Assembly: GCA_965215365.1 (NCBI GenBank)
Contig: CBDCDS010000003.1
Span: 1,568,001-1,632,000 of the forward strand
Reading direction: 5' to 3'
Source: Gammaproteobacteria bacterium
Lineage (GTDB): Bacteria > Pseudomonadota > Gammaproteobacteria > Eutrophobiales > Eutrophobiaceae
Length of the DNA: 64,000 nucleotides
Of the stretch, positions 21,282 through 32,770 are shown piece after piece. Made by a program: the position numbers and the translations under genes. Position 1 is the first letter of the stretch. Every line of letters begins with the position of its first letter. The notes under the pieces are model-generated. The model saw only the letters and a list, made by a program, of their open reading frames with translations. It was not told the DNA's origin and did no database searches.

Positions 21282-22682
21282 TATCCTCAAATCCAGCCCC
21301 TTGATCTTCCTGGTCAGGGTGTTCCGTCCCCAGCCCAGGAGTTTGGCGGCTTCTACCCGCCGGCCGCCGGTTTGTTGCAGGGCTTCTTCAATGAGGATGC
21401 GCTCAAATTCGGGCAGGACATTGCCGAGCAGGCCGGTCTCGCCCTTGTGCAGGTTGGTTTTGACCCAGTGGCGCAGTGTGCTTTCCCAGTCTTCGGTTGT
21501 TGGCTGCGACGGGTTGGTCTGCCCCAGTTCCGGGGGCAGGTCGTCGATGTGAATCTCCCTGCCCGGGGCCATGACCGTTATCCAGCGACAGAAATTTTCC
21601 AGTTGTCTGACGTTGCCCGGCCAATCCAGTCGGTTCAGGAAGGTCTGGGTTTGCGGTAACATCAGTTTGGCGTCAGTGTTCAGCTCCAGGGCCGAACGGC
21701 GCAGGAAATGTTCCGTTAACACCGGGATATCTTCGCGCCGGTCGCGCAGCGCGGGAACATGCACGCGGATCACGTTCAGGCGGTGGAACAGGTCTTCGCG
21801 GAAGGTGCCGCGGCTTACCTGCTGTTCCAGCTCCTGGTTGGTTGCCGCGATCACCCGCACATCCGCATCAATAGGCAGGTGCCCGCCGACACGATAAAAC
21901 GCCCCGGTTGAGAGCACGCGCAGCAAGCGAGTTTGCAGATCGGCCGGCATATCGCCGATTTCATCTAGGAACAAGGTGCCGCCGCTGGCCTGCTCGAAGC
22001 GCCCTTTGCGCTGCGCGGTAGCGCCGGTGAACGCGCCTTTTTCATGGCCGAACAGTTCCGATTCCAGCAAATCCCGAGGTATGGCCGCCACATTGATAGC
22101 AATAAAACGCTGTTGTGCACGGGGGCTGTGGCGATGCAACGCCTGGGCTACCAGTTCCTTGCCAGTGCCGGATTCGCCGGTAACGAGTACCGTCAGGTTG
22201 GAAGCCGACAACCTGCCGATGGCGCGAAACACCTCCTGCATCGCCGTGGCCGAGCCAACGATTTCATCCGGTGTGACGTCTCTCGCTGCGGCCGCCTCCG
22301 GCACCACCGCAGGATGCCGGCGTATCGCCCGTTTTACCAGGTTCAGCAGTTCCTCTATATCAAACGGCTTGGACAGGTATTCATACGCCCCACCCTGGAA
22401 CGATGACACCACCCGGTCCAGGTCCGGAAACGCAGTCATGATGATGACCGGCACCTCAGGCGTTTTCAGCTTGATCTCTTCGAGCAGGGCCAGGCCATCG
22501 AGCCCCGGCATGCGGATATCCGAGATGATAAGGTCCGGCGTATCGCGCTCTAGGTTTTGCAGCAGTGCCTGCGCGTTTTCAAAGCACACCGTTTGCAGTT
22601 GTTCCCGGGTCAGGGCGCGTTCCAGCACCCACCTGATGGATTTATCGTCATCAACGATCCAGATTTTGTCGCGTGGCGCCAT
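21279..22682 (-). CDS. ntrC: Nitrogen regulation response regulator NtrC
   Basis: Receiver WIVDDDKSIRWVL, GESGTGKE, GAFTGA, LLGWGRNTLTRK. Confidence 0.98.
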   Translation of the reverse strand: MAPRDKIWIVDDDKSIRWVLERALTREQLQTVCFENAQALLQNLERDTPDLIISDIRMPGLDGLALLEEIKLKTPEVPVIIMTAFPDLDRVVSSFQGGAYEYLSKPFDIEELLNLVKRAIRRHPAVVPEAAAARDVTPDEIVGSATAMQEVFRAIGRLSASNLTVLVTGESGTGKELVAQALHRHSPRAQQRFIAINVAAIPRDLLESELFGHEKGAFTGATAQRKGRFEQASGGTLFLDEIGDMPADLQTRLLRVLSTGAFYRVGGHLPIDADVRVIAATNQELEQQVSRGTFREDLFHRLNVIRVHVPALRDRREDIPVLTEHFLRRSALELNTDAKLMLPQTQTFLNRLDWPGNVRQLENFCRWITVMAPGREIHIDDLPPELGQTNPSQPTTEDWESTLRHWVKTNLHKGETGLLGNVLPEFERILIEEALQQTGGRRVEAAKLLGWGRNTLTRKIKGLDLRI

Positions 22683-22683
22683 G

Positions 22684-23730
22684 TCATTCCACCGGCAGCA
22701 GTATCCTGAAACAGGTCTTATCGTCGAGCCGCTGATATTTGATCAGACCGTTGTTGGACTGGATCAGCGATTGGGAAATGGACAACCCCAGGCCGGAACC
22801 TCCCACCCGGCCTGTTACCATGGGGTAGAAAATATGCTCCTCAATGTCTGCCGGCACGCCGGGGCCGTCATCGATCACGTCGATCTCCACCGCCAGCTTG
22901 TGATGCTTGCGCTGAATGGTGCAGCGACGTTTGATGCGAGTGCGCACCAGTATCCGGCCGTTCTCCTCGATAGCCTGGACTGCATTCCTGGACACGTTCA
23001 AAAACGCTTGGATCAACTGCTCGCCATCCGCCTGTAGCGTCGGCAGGCTGGGATCATAGTCACGCCTGATTTCGATATTGAACTCCGACTCCGCTTCCAC
23101 GATGCCCAGCGTATGCTCAAGCACCTGGTGAATGTTCACGCGGTTGACGCTGTTCCTGGTAACCGGCGCCAACATGCGATCGACCAGATTACGCAGCCGG
23201 TCCGCCTCATTGATAATGATTCGGGTATATTCGGCCAGACCGGAGCCGTTTAATTCCCGTTCCAGCAGTTGTGCCGCGCCGCGCAGTCCCCCCAGCGGGT
23301 TTTTGATCTCATGGGCGATGCCGCTCAGCGACTTGCGCGCGGCGTCGTGCAGGTAGGACAGGTTACTCTCACTCAGCGTGTGAATGCGCGAATTGACGTT
23401 GACCAGTTCAACAACGACCTCCAGGCACCTTTCTGCGTCCATGACCGGTGTCACAATGCAGTCCACACACACCGTCCTGGCCGCAGGTAGATCCAGTTCA
23501 ATACCCCATTCCATGCGCAGTTGTCCGGTGTCACGGGTATGCTCGATATTTTGCAACAGGTAGTTGGAGCCGGTAAAAATTTCCGCCGCGTTGTAACCGA
23601 ACATCCTAGCGCGGCTGATTAGAAACAGTGTTTCTCCGGCGTTGTTGATATCGGTAAGTTGCAGGGAGTCATTGAACACCAGCACTGCCGTGTAAAGAGT
23701 ATCCAGCAACCTGTATGAGACTGTAGTCAT
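22684..23730 (-). CDS. ntrB: Nitrogen regulation histidine kinase NtrB
   Basis: AHEIKNPLGGLRGAAQLL, DYDPSLP, IFYPMVTGR..GSGLGL. Confidence 0.96.
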   Translation of the reverse strand: MTTVSYRLLDTLYTAVLVFNDSLQLTDINNAGETLFLISRARMFGYNAAEIFTGSNYLLQNIEHTRDTGQLRMEWGIELDLPAARTVCVDCIVTPVMDAERCLEVVVELVNVNSRIHTLSESNLSYLHDAARKSLSGIAHEIKNPLGGLRGAAQLLERELNGSGLAEYTRIIINEADRLRNLVDRMLAPVTRNSVNRVNIHQVLEHTLGIVEAESEFNIEIRRDYDPSLPTLQADGEQLIQAFLNVSRNAVQAIEENGRILVRTRIKRRCTIQRKHHKLAVEIDVIDDGPGVPADIEEHIFYPMVTGRVGGSGLGLSISQSLIQSNNGLIKYQRLDDKTCFRILLPVE

Positions 23731-23735
23731 TGACT

Positions 23736-23799
23736 TAGCCCGCAGCTCTCACCAAGTGATGCGAAGATTGCCCCGGCCAGCGGCTCGAATGGCCGGGGC
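23736..23799. repeat. Family-A element end plus GC hairpin in the glnA-ntrB spacer
   Basis: TAGCCCGCAGCTCTCACCAAGTGATGCGAAGATTGCCCCGG, merging into the stem GCCCCGGCCA...TGGCCGGGGC. Confidence 0.8.
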
Positions 23800-23807
23800 T
23801 GACGAGA

Positions 23808-25217
23808 TTACAGACTGTAGTACATATCGAGCTCTACCGGGTGCGTGGTCATCCGGAAACGGTTGACCTCATTCATCTTCAACTCGATATAGCCGTCGAT
23901 CATGTCGTCGGAAAATACCCCACCGGCGGTGAGGAATTCCCGATCCTGATCCAGGGCTTCCAGAGCCTGATCCAGTGACGAGCACACGGTGGGAATCTCT
24001 TTTTCTTCCTCTATGGTCAGGTCATACAGGTCTTTTTCCAGGGGGTCGCCCGGGTCCAGCCGATTCTGGATGCCATCCAATCCGGCCATCATCATCGCCG
24101 CGAACATGAAGTATGGATTGCCGCAGGAATCAGGGAATCGTATTTCTATGCGTCTGGCCCGGGGTTCGGCAACCCAGGGGATGCGGCACGACGCCGAGCG
24201 GTTACGCGCGGAGTAGGCCAGCAATACCGGCGCCTCAAAGCCGGGCACCAGCCGCTTGTAGCTGTTGGTGCTGGCATTGGTGAACGCGTTCAGCGCGCGC
24301 GCATGTTTGAAAATGCCGGCGATGTAATGCAAGGCCAGCTCCGACAGCCCGCCGTACTTGTCCCCGGTGAACAGGTTCTGTCCGTCCCTGCCGAGCGACT
24401 GGTGCACATGCATGCCATTGCCGTTATCACCGACTAAGGGTTTCGGCATGAAGGTGACCGTTTTGCCATAGCCTTGGGCAACATTCATTGCGCAGTACTT
24501 CAGGGTCAACAGTTCGTCTGCCTTGCTCACCAGCGTATTGAACTTCGTACCGATTTCCGCTTGTCCGCCCGTGGCAACCTCGTGGTGGTGCACTTCAACC
24601 ACCAGACCCATGTCCTCCAGGGACATACAAATGGCAGAGCGGACATTCTGCAGGGAATCAACCGGCGGCACCGGGAAATAGCCACCTTTTACTCCGGGGC
24701 GGTGACCCTGGTTCGGACCTTCCATCAGTTTGTCGCTGTTCCAGTGGCCTTCCTCGGAATCAATCTCGTAGAACGCGCTGTTCAGGCTGTCGCCCCAGCG
24801 GGCCTCGTCAAATATGAAAAACTCGGGCTCCGGGCCGAAATAGGCCGAGTCAGCGATGCCCGTCGATTGCAGGTAAGCCTCGGCGCGCTTTGCCAGGGAA
24901 CGCGGGCAACGTTCATACCCCTGCATGGTAGTCGGCTCCAGCACGTCACAACGCAGGTTCAGGGTCGATTCGTCATAGAACGGGTCGATCACAGCCGTTT
25001 CCGTATCAGGCATCAACAGCATATCTGACTCGTTGATACCCTTCCAACCGGAAATGGACGAACCGTCGAACATCTTGCCGTTTTCAAAAAAATCGTCATC
25101 GACAGTGCTGGCCGGCACGGTAACATGCTGTTCCTTGCCGCGTGCATCACAGAACCGCAGGTCAATAAAATGCACCTCGTGCTCTTCGATCAATCCATAA
25201 ACCTTCTCTTTGGACAT
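23808..25217 (-). CDS. glnA: Glutamine synthetase type I
   Basis: [49 protein letters not shown] adenylylation site. Confidence 0.99.
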   Translation of the reverse strand: MSKEKVYGLIEEHEVHFIDLRFCDARGKEQHVTVPASTVDDDFFENGKMFDGSSISGWKGINESDMLLMPDTETAVIDPFYDESTLNLRCDVLEPTTMQGYERCPRSLAKRAEAYLQSTGIADSAYFGPEPEFFIFDEARWGDSLNSAFYEIDSEEGHWNSDKLMEGPNQGHRPGVKGGYFPVPPVDSLQNVRSAICMSLEDMGLVVEVHHHEVATGGQAEIGTKFNTLVSKADELLTLKYCAMNVAQGYGKTVTFMPKPLVGDNGNGMHVHQSLGRDGQNLFTGDKYGGLSELALHYIAGIFKHARALNAFTNASTNSYKRLVPGFEAPVLLAYSARNRSASCRIPWVAEPRARRIEIRFPDSCGNPYFMFAAMMMAGLDGIQNRLDPGDPLEKDLYDLTIEEEKEIPTVCSSLDQALEALDQDREFLTAGGVFSDDMIDGYIELKMNEVNRFRMTTHPVELDMYYSL

Positions 25218-25305
25218 CGTTTATCTCCTCACAGAAATTAAAATTGAAGTAGCTACCGGTTTCCCCACTAACGAGCGTGTGAACCAGTATGGAACACTAC
25301 ACATC

Positions 25306-25321
25306 TGCACAATTTGTGCCA
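25306..25321 (-). promoter_or_regulatory. Sigma-54 (-24/-12) promoter of glnA
   Basis: Minus strand TGGCAC-AAATT-GTGCA, about 90 bp upstream of the glnA start. Confidence 0.85.
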
Positions 25322-25426
25322 CTTGAGGTATTATGAAAATAACTTTGTTACTTTATCAGGTTAGCAGATTTGACGCTCCAGTATAGAGCAAAGCGATGCG
25401 CTAAAATAATGCTTTTTATTTTATTA

Positions 25427-25443
25427 TGCACTATTTTTGTGCA
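25427..25443. promoter_or_regulatory. NtrC enhancer site (TGCAC-N7-GTGCA), overlapping the lysA 3' end
   Basis: TGCACTATTTTTGTGCA, about 105 bp upstream of the sigma-54 site. Weaker sites lie near 25375-25415. Confidence 0.85.
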
Positions 25444-26765
25444 TTCACAACCATAGCATCGGCAAATTCCGGCATATCTTCGCCCGCCATCAGCTGCTCC
25501 GGCGTTTCCCGTTCCCGGATAACCTGTGCGTGGGCGCCATCCACCAGCAGTTCCGCCGCCCGCGGCCGGCTGTTGTAATTGGAACTCATGCAGAAACCAT
25601 AGGCACCGGCAGACAACACCGCCAGCAGGTCGTCCGGGCGTAGCGCAAGCGGGCGTTGCAGCCCCAGGAAATCGCCGGTCTCGCATACCGGGCCAACTAC
25701 GTCATAGTCCATTTCCGGTTCATCTGCACGCGCAGTCACGGGGATAATGTCATGCCAGGCCTGATACAGCGACGGTCGCAACAAGTCGTTCATGGACGCG
25801 TCCACAATGGCAAAGTGCCGTGTGTGAGTCGTTTTCAGGTACTCCACCCGGGTCAGCAACACCCCGGCGTTGCCGACGATGGAGCGGCCTGGTTCCAGTA
25901 TCAGGTGGTAACGCGCCGGGACCCGCTCCCTGATAACTGCGGCCAACGCGGTCACGTCAGGAATGGTTGCGGTGTGCTCTCCATTGCTGGCCTGCCGGCG
26001 CGCCGCGCCCGCCCGGAGCAGGTTGCCGCAGTGGTAATCAATGCCCAGACCGCCGCCGATGTCCACATGCCTGACGGGTATCCCGCGCTGCTCCAGGTCC
26101 TCCACCAGCGCCAGCAGTTTTTCCAATGCATCGATATAGGGCTCCAGCGAAGTAACCTGGGAGCCGATATGACAGTCGATTCCCACCGGCATGACATGCT
26201 CTAAGCGTTCAGCCAGCCGGTAGGTGGCCAGTACCTGGTCATGGCTGATGCCGAACTTGTCTTGCTTCCTGCCGGTAGCGATGAACGGGTGGGTCTGCGC
26301 GTCCGTATCGGGGTTGACCCGGACCGACACCGGTGCCGTTACCGACAACTGTGCGGCAATCTCGTTAATGCGCAGCAGTTCCGGCTCCGATTCCACGTTA
26401 AAACACTTGATTCCGACCTCCAGTGCACGCCGTATTTCATGCGCACGCTTACCCACCCCGGAAAACACGACTTTGTCCGCGTCCCCGCCGGCGCGCAGCA
26501 CCCGTTCCAGTTCGCCAATGGAGACGATGTCAAACCCTGACCCCAGACGCGCCATTAAGTTGAGTATGGCAAGATTACCGTTCGCCTTGACGGCATAACA
26601 GATTAAGGCATCCCGGTCGGCAAATGCTTGGGCATAGGCGCGCCAGCTTGCCTCAATCGCCGCCCGCGAATACACGAACGCCGGCGTACCGTGGCGCGCG
26701 GCCAGCGCCGACAAGGCGACTCGCTCAGCGTACAGGGCGCCGTCTTTATAAGAATAACTTTCCAT
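25431..26765 (-). CDS. lysA: Diaminopimelate decarboxylase
   Basis: YAVKAN, FDIVS.GEL, HIGSQ, DIGGGLG, EPGRSIV, GPVCETGD, SNYNSRPR. Confidence 0.97.
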   Translation of the reverse strand: MESYSYKDGALYAERVALSALAARHGTPAFVYSRAAIEASWRAYAQAFADRDALICYAVKANGNLAILNLMARLGSGFDIVSIGELERVLRAGGDADKVVFSGVGKRAHEIRRALEVGIKCFNVESEPELLRINEIAAQLSVTAPVSVRVNPDTDAQTHPFIATGRKQDKFGISHDQVLATYRLAERLEHVMPVGIDCHIGSQVTSLEPYIDALEKLLALVEDLEQRGIPVRHVDIGGGLGIDYHCGNLLRAGAARRQASNGEHTATIPDVTALAAVIRERVPARYHLILEPGRSIVGNAGVLLTRVEYLKTTHTRHFAIVDASMNDLLRPSLYQAWHDIIPVTARADEPEMDYDVVGPVCETGDFLGLQRPLALRPDDLLAVLSAGAYGFCMSSNYNSRPRAAELLVDGAHAQVIRERETPEQLMAGEDMPEFADAMVVNAQK

Positions 26766-26904
26766 GCAGGTATTGTGTGGTGGCTTCGGCTACCTCATCA
26801 TCGGGAAGGAATAAATCACCCTTCTGGCCGCAGCTGCTGACAACGAGCGCCGACAGCAGGACTGACAGGATACGGGTTTTAGCTATGAACGGGCGTGAAA
26901 ACAT
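26746..26904 (-). CDS. lptM: Small lipoprotein LptM/YifL (LppL)
   Basis: Lipobox VVSSC followed by GQKGDLFLP; directly upstream of lysA. Confidence 0.85.
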   Translation of the reverse strand: MFSRPFIAKTRILSVLLSALVVSSCGQKGDLFLPDDEVAEATTQYLHGKLFL

Positions 26905-27004
26905 GGGCTGTCTCCTCAAGGGTTGGCGCCAAACGGTGCGCGCTTGGCCTGTGATCTTCCCGAACGCAGTGGTGAATGTCAATCGACTTCAATACTTCGA
27001 CATG

Positions 27005-27032
27005 AAGGTGCCTCTAAAAATCAGAGGTTCCC
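27005..27032. repeat. Family-B short inverted-repeat element
   Basis: AAGGTGCCTCTAAAAATCAGAGGTTCCC. Confidence 0.75.
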
Positions 27033-27139
27033 ATAACCGCACAAAAGTAGTAAAACAAACACTTGAATCATTCCCTGTTTAAGATGAAAATGTCGTTTCC
27101 CCGCTTACGCTAACAAGGTAACCATAGGTAACACCCGCT

Positions 27140-27466
27140 ATGAATAACAGCATTATCCACGTAACGGATTCCAGTTTTGAGGAAGATGTATTAAAATCGG
27201 AAACGCCAGTGATGGTGGACTATTGGGCTGAATGGTGCGGCCCCTGCAAGATGATTGCACCAGTCCTCGATGAAATCGCCGCTGACTACACCGGCAGGTT
27301 GACCGTGACAAAAATCAATATCGATGCAAATCCCCAGACTCCGCAACGATATGCCGTGCGCGGCATACCTACCCTGATGATATTCAAGGGCGGCGAGGTT
27401 ATCGGCACAAAAGTGGGGGCGGCATCGAAACAGCAGCTGTCTGCCTTTATTGACAGTACCATTTAG
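27140..27466 (+). CDS. trxA: Thioredoxin 1
   Basis: [13 protein letters not shown]; upstream of rho. Confidence 0.98.
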   Translation: MNNSIIHVTDSSFEEDVLKSETPVMVDYWAEWCGPCKMIAPVLDEIAADYTGRLTVTKINIDANPQTPQRYAVRGIPTLMIFKGGEVIGTKVGAASKQQLSAFIDSTI

Positions 27467-27626
27467 TGCAACTGCAATGTAAACGTATTAAAATCAGTAG
27501 ACATCTCTTTGCCAATATGCTAGAATAGCCGTCACCTGTTGTGTTCCCTCTAACAAGCCCGGGCGTCGGTGTGTTCCGTTCATTCGGGACAGACCGTTCA
27601 GCCTGTCACAACCCGTATTTGACCTA

Positions 27627-28886
27627 ATGAATCTCACAGAATTAAAGCAGCAACCCGCTTCAGAGTTGGTTCTCATCTCAGAATCGCTTGGCCTGGACGG
27701 CCTGGCCCGTTCAAGAAAACAGGATGTCATTTTCGAAATCCTCAAAGCCCATGCCAGAAAGGGTGAAGATATTTACGGCAGCGGCGTGCTGGAAATCCTC
27801 CAGGACGGTTTCGGTTTTCTACGCTCCGCCGGCAGTTCCTACCTGGCCGGTCCCGATGACATTTATGTTTCTCCCAGCCAGATCAGACGCTTCAACCTGC
27901 GCACCGGCGATAATATCTCCGGCAAGATCCGGCCGCCCAAGGAAGGCGAGCGCTACTTTGCGCTGCTCAAGGTGAACGAGATCAATTTTGAATCCCCGGA
28001 GCGGGCCAGAAACAAAATTATTTTTGAGAACTTAACGCCGTTGTTCGCGCAGGAACGTCTGAAACTGGAGGTGGGCAACGGCAGCACTGAGGACCTGACA
28101 CCGAGAATTATCGACCTGGTGGCACCGATCGGCAAAGGCCAGCGCGGTCTTATCGTATCACCGCCCAAGGCCGGTAAAACCATGATCCTGCAATCCCTTG
28201 CCCAGTCGATCAAGCACAATCATCCGGAGTGTCATCTGATCGTACTGCTCATCGACGAGCGGCCGGAGGAGGTGACGGAGATGGAGCGCTCGGTGCGGGG
28301 TGAGGTTATTTCCAGCACGTTTGATGAACCCGCCACCCGCCATGTGCAAGTTGCGGAGATGGTGATAGAACGGGCAAAACGCCTGACGGAACACAAGCAG
28401 GATGTGGTGGTTCTACTGGATTCCATCACTCGGCTGGCTCGGGCCTACAACACTGTCGTGCCGGCGTCAGGCAAGGTGTTGACCGGCGGCGTGGATGCCA
28501 ATGCCCTGCAACGACCCAAACGCTTCTTCGGCGCCGCGCGCAATATCGAGGAAGGCGGCAGCCTGACCATCCTGGCCACCGCGCTGATCGATACCGGCTC
28601 GCGCATGGACGAGGTGATCTATGAAGAATTCAAGGGCACCGGCAATATGGAATTGCACCTGGATCGGGAGATTTCGGAAAAACGTATCTATCCGGCTATC
28701 TACATCAATCGTTCCGGCACCCGCCGTGAAGAATTACTGACGGAGAAGGACGAGCTGCAGAAGATGTGGATCCTGCGCAAGCTGCTGCATCCTATGGAGT
28801 CGATCGGGGCTATGGAGTTCCTGCTCGAACGCCTCAAGGCCACGAAGAACAATGCCCAGTTCTTCGATGCCATGAAGAAGAGGTAA
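27627..28886 (+). CDS. rho: Transcription termination factor Rho
   Basis: [39 protein letters not shown]. Confidence 0.99.
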   Translation: MNLTELKQQPASELVLISESLGLDGLARSRKQDVIFEILKAHARKGEDIYGSGVLEILQDGFGFLRSAGSSYLAGPDDIYVSPSQIRRFNLRTGDNISGKIRPPKEGERYFALLKVNEINFESPERARNKIIFENLTPLFAQERLKLEVGNGSTEDLTPRIIDLVAPIGKGQRGLIVSPPKAGKTMILQSLAQSIKHNHPECHLIVLLIDERPEEVTEMERSVRGEVISSTFDEPATRHVQVAEMVIERAKRLTEHKQDVVVLLDSITRLARAYNTVVPASGKVLTGGVDANALQRPKRFFGAARNIEEGGSLTILATALIDTGSRMDEVIYEEFKGTGNMELHLDREISEKRIYPAIYINRSGTRREELLTEKDELQKMWILRKLLHPMESIGAMEFLLERLKATKNNAQFFDAMKKR

Positions 28887-28906
28887 CGGCGCATAAAGGC
28901 ACCTGT

Positions 28907-28937
28907 AAAAAAAACCCGCCGGATGGCGGGTTTTTTT
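28907..28937. terminator. Bidirectional intrinsic terminator between rho and groEL
   Basis: AAAAAAAACCCGCC-GGAT-GGCGGGTTTTTTT. Confidence 0.93.
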
Positions 28938-28959
28938 ATCGGGCATAAACAGCCGCAGG

Positions 28960-30630
<1,671 letters not shown>

Positions 30631-30918
30631 TTATTCGATAACGCCCATGATGTCGTCTTCACGCATCACCAGCAGTTCTTCACCGTCTATTTTCACTTCC
30701 GTACCGGAATACTTGCCAAACAGGATCCTGTCACCTGCTTTGACATCCAGGCCGCGCACCTCGCCGCTATCCAGGATCTTGCCGTTACCGATTGCAACGA
30801 CTTCTCCCTGGATGGGCTTTTCAGTGGCGCTGTCGGGAATGACTATCCCACCGGGGGACATCTTTTCCTCTTCCAGCCGGCGCACAACCACCCGGTCGTG
30901 TAATGGTCTGATATTCAT
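30631..30918 (-). CDS. groES: Co-chaperonin GroES
   Basis: [27 protein letters not shown]. Confidence 0.99.
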   Translation of the reverse strand: MNIRPLHDRVVVRRLEEEKMSPGGIVIPDSATEKPIQGEVVAIGNGKILDSGEVRGLDVKAGDRILFGKYSGTEVKIDGEELLVMREDDIMGVIE

Positions 30919-30990
30919 ATACTGATTTCCTCCTGTGATCTGAAGTTGTTGTTTATGAATACGTTAAAGTTATGGGAATCTCTAAAAATG

Positions 30991-31017
30991 TTAGCACTCT
31001 ACTAAAGTGAGTGCTAG
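30991..31017. promoter_or_regulatory. CIRCE element (HrcA operator) upstream of groES
   Basis: TTAGCACTC-N9-GAGTGCTAG. A minus-strand TTGACA...TATATT promoter-like sequence lies just upstream (about 31019-31046). Confidence 0.92.
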
Positions 31018-31098
31018 TAATATAAGGGCAAAAATTCAGATGTCAATAGCAAATGAGCTAAAATTCAGGGACGCCTTTACAGGGAATGAACGACGAAA

Positions 31099-32280
31099 CT
31101 ATTGCCGATAATGTTGCATCAGAATCTGCGCGACTTCGGGGCGGGCAAATTCTTCCGGCAGGGGTTGTCCTGCGGCCAGCATTTCCCGTACTTTCGTGCC
31201 GGACAGGAGCACAAAATCTTCCATGCCGTGGTCGGGAACGTCGCGCATCATGACCACGCGGTTGAGTTTTTTTGAATACGCGGTGTGGTCGGCCTCAAAT
31301 ATGCGGATTTCCAGCGCGTCGGCGGGCACCTGCTCACGGAATATGGTCTGGGCCTCGAAGGGGCCGTAGTAATTGCCGACCCCGGCATGATCGCGGCCCA
31401 CGATCAGATGGCTGCACCCGGCGTTTTGCCGAAACACGGCATGCAGCACCGCTTCCCGGGGGCCGGCATAGAGCATGTCGAAGCCGTAGCCGGTGACCAT
31501 CACGGTGTTCTCCGGGAAATACAGTTCTACCATCTTGCGGATGGCGGCGTCGCGCACCTCGGCGGGGATATCCCCGGGTTTGAGCTTGCCCAACAGCATG
31601 TGGATCAGCACACCGTCGGCGGCCAGCGCAGCCAGTGCCATTTTGCACAGTTCTTCATGGGCGCGGTGCATGGGATTGCGGGTCTGGAAGGCGACGACTT
31701 TGTCCCAGCCTCGGGCGGCAATCTCAGTGCGAATCTGCATGGCCGTCCTGAAAGTGTCGGGAAAATCCTGCTCGAAGTAGCTGTAATTCAGCACCTGCAG
31801 CGGGCCGGCCACGAGTTGCCTGCCGGCAGCCATGAACGTGGCCACACCAGGATGGTCGGAATCCAACGTACCGAAGACTCTTTCCGTGAGCAGCGTCAAC
31901 TGTGCGTCGGAGAGTGTCTCTATCGAAGTGACATCCTGTATGGCAAGCACCGGCTGGCCTGCCACGTTCGGGTCGCGCAACGCCACTCGCTCAGCGCCGT
32001 TGAGCGCGGCCGTGTCAGCACACAGGTTCAGGCACGGCACCGGCCAGAACAGGCCATCGGTAGTGTGTATGTGTGCAGCGACACTGACGGCATCGGCGGC
32101 GTTCATAAACCCGGGCAATGGTGAGAAGTAACCGGCGCCCAGCATCACCGCATTGGCGGCGGCGGCGGAGTTAATCAATAATTGCGGCAGGCCTCGCGCT
32201 TCTTCAAGGAGCGCCTGACGTGTCACTTCATCGCTGGCGAACAGCGGTTGCAGTGCGTCGGCTGCGTGGGGTTTGATCAT
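31099..32280 (-). CDS. sat: Sulfate adenylyltransferase (Sat), sulfur-oxidiser type
   Basis: AFQTRNPMHRAHEEL, MLYAGPREAVLHA, GRDHAGVG, LSGTKVREML. The N-terminus MIKP..ANAVMLGAGYFSPL resembles thiotrophic gammaproteobacterial Sat. Confidence 0.95.
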   Translation of the reverse strand: MIKPHAADALQPLFASDEVTRQALLEEARGLPQLLINSAAAANAVMLGAGYFSPLPGFMNAADAVSVAAHIHTTDGLFWPVPCLNLCADTAALNGAERVALRDPNVAGQPVLAIQDVTSIETLSDAQLTLLTERVFGTLDSDHPGVATFMAAGRQLVAGPLQVLNYSYFEQDFPDTFRTAMQIRTEIAARGWDKVVAFQTRNPMHRAHEELCKMALAALAADGVLIHMLLGKLKPGDIPAEVRDAAIRKMVELYFPENTVMVTGYGFDMLYAGPREAVLHAVFRQNAGCSHLIVGRDHAGVGNYYGPFEAQTIFREQVPADALEIRIFEADHTAYSKKLNRVVMMRDVPDHGMEDFVLLSGTKVREMLAAGQPLPEEFARPEVAQILMQHYRQ

Positions 32281-32287
32281 AAGGAGA

Positions 32288-32686
32288 TTACAGCTCGGAA
32301 TTGCTGTGATACTTGTCCATTTTTCGATCCAGCGTGTTGATATCCCCTTGCATCACCTCGGCCTTCCCCTGCAATGCCTCGATATCCTGCTTCATAACCT
32401 CGATATCCTGCTTCATGACCTCGATATCCTGCTTCATAACCTCGATATCCTGCTTCATGACCTCGATATCCTGCTTCATAACCTCGATATCCCTCTGCAT
32501 TACTTCAATGCTGATGCGTACGTCAGTCAGGCCGTCCTTCAGGGTATCCATTGCTTTGATTAGATAAGCGAACTGCGTCAACATCACGACGATGATGACA
32601 CCCAAAATCCATTCGTGGTATTTGATACTGGTTTTTAACCTTTCCATTTCCAGAGGTAACATTTCATGAGTAAGTTCAGTAGCCAT
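32288..32686 (-). CDS. Membrane-anchored coiled-coil protein with DIEVMKQ heptad repeats
   Basis: AGGAGG RBS, TM helix WILGVIIVVMLTQFAYLI, then (DIEVMKQ)n. Confidence 0.8.
   Translation of the reverse strand: MATELTHEMLPLEMERLKTSIKYHEWILGVIIVVMLTQFAYLIKAMDTLKDGLTDVRISIEVMQRDIEVMKQDIEVMKQDIEVMKQDIEVMKQDIEVMKQDIEALQGKAEVMQGDINTLDRKMDKYHSNSEL
32377..32502 (-). repeat. 21-bp coding tandem repeat, five copies plus one degenerate
   Basis: CCTCGATATCCTGCTTCAT(A/G)A at 32377, 32398, 32419, 32440 and 32461. Confidence 0.95.
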
Positions 32687-32770
32687 AGTTACTTCCTCCT
32701 ATTTTACTGCTGCTGATTAATGAGCGTGGAAAGTCCATTGTATCTATCCGGCCACCTCATGTCCAGCTCT

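Noticed and set aside
32377-32502. Possible CRISPR array
   Set aside because: The 21-bp units are contiguous with no spacers, lie in frame in a CDS, and there are no cas genes.
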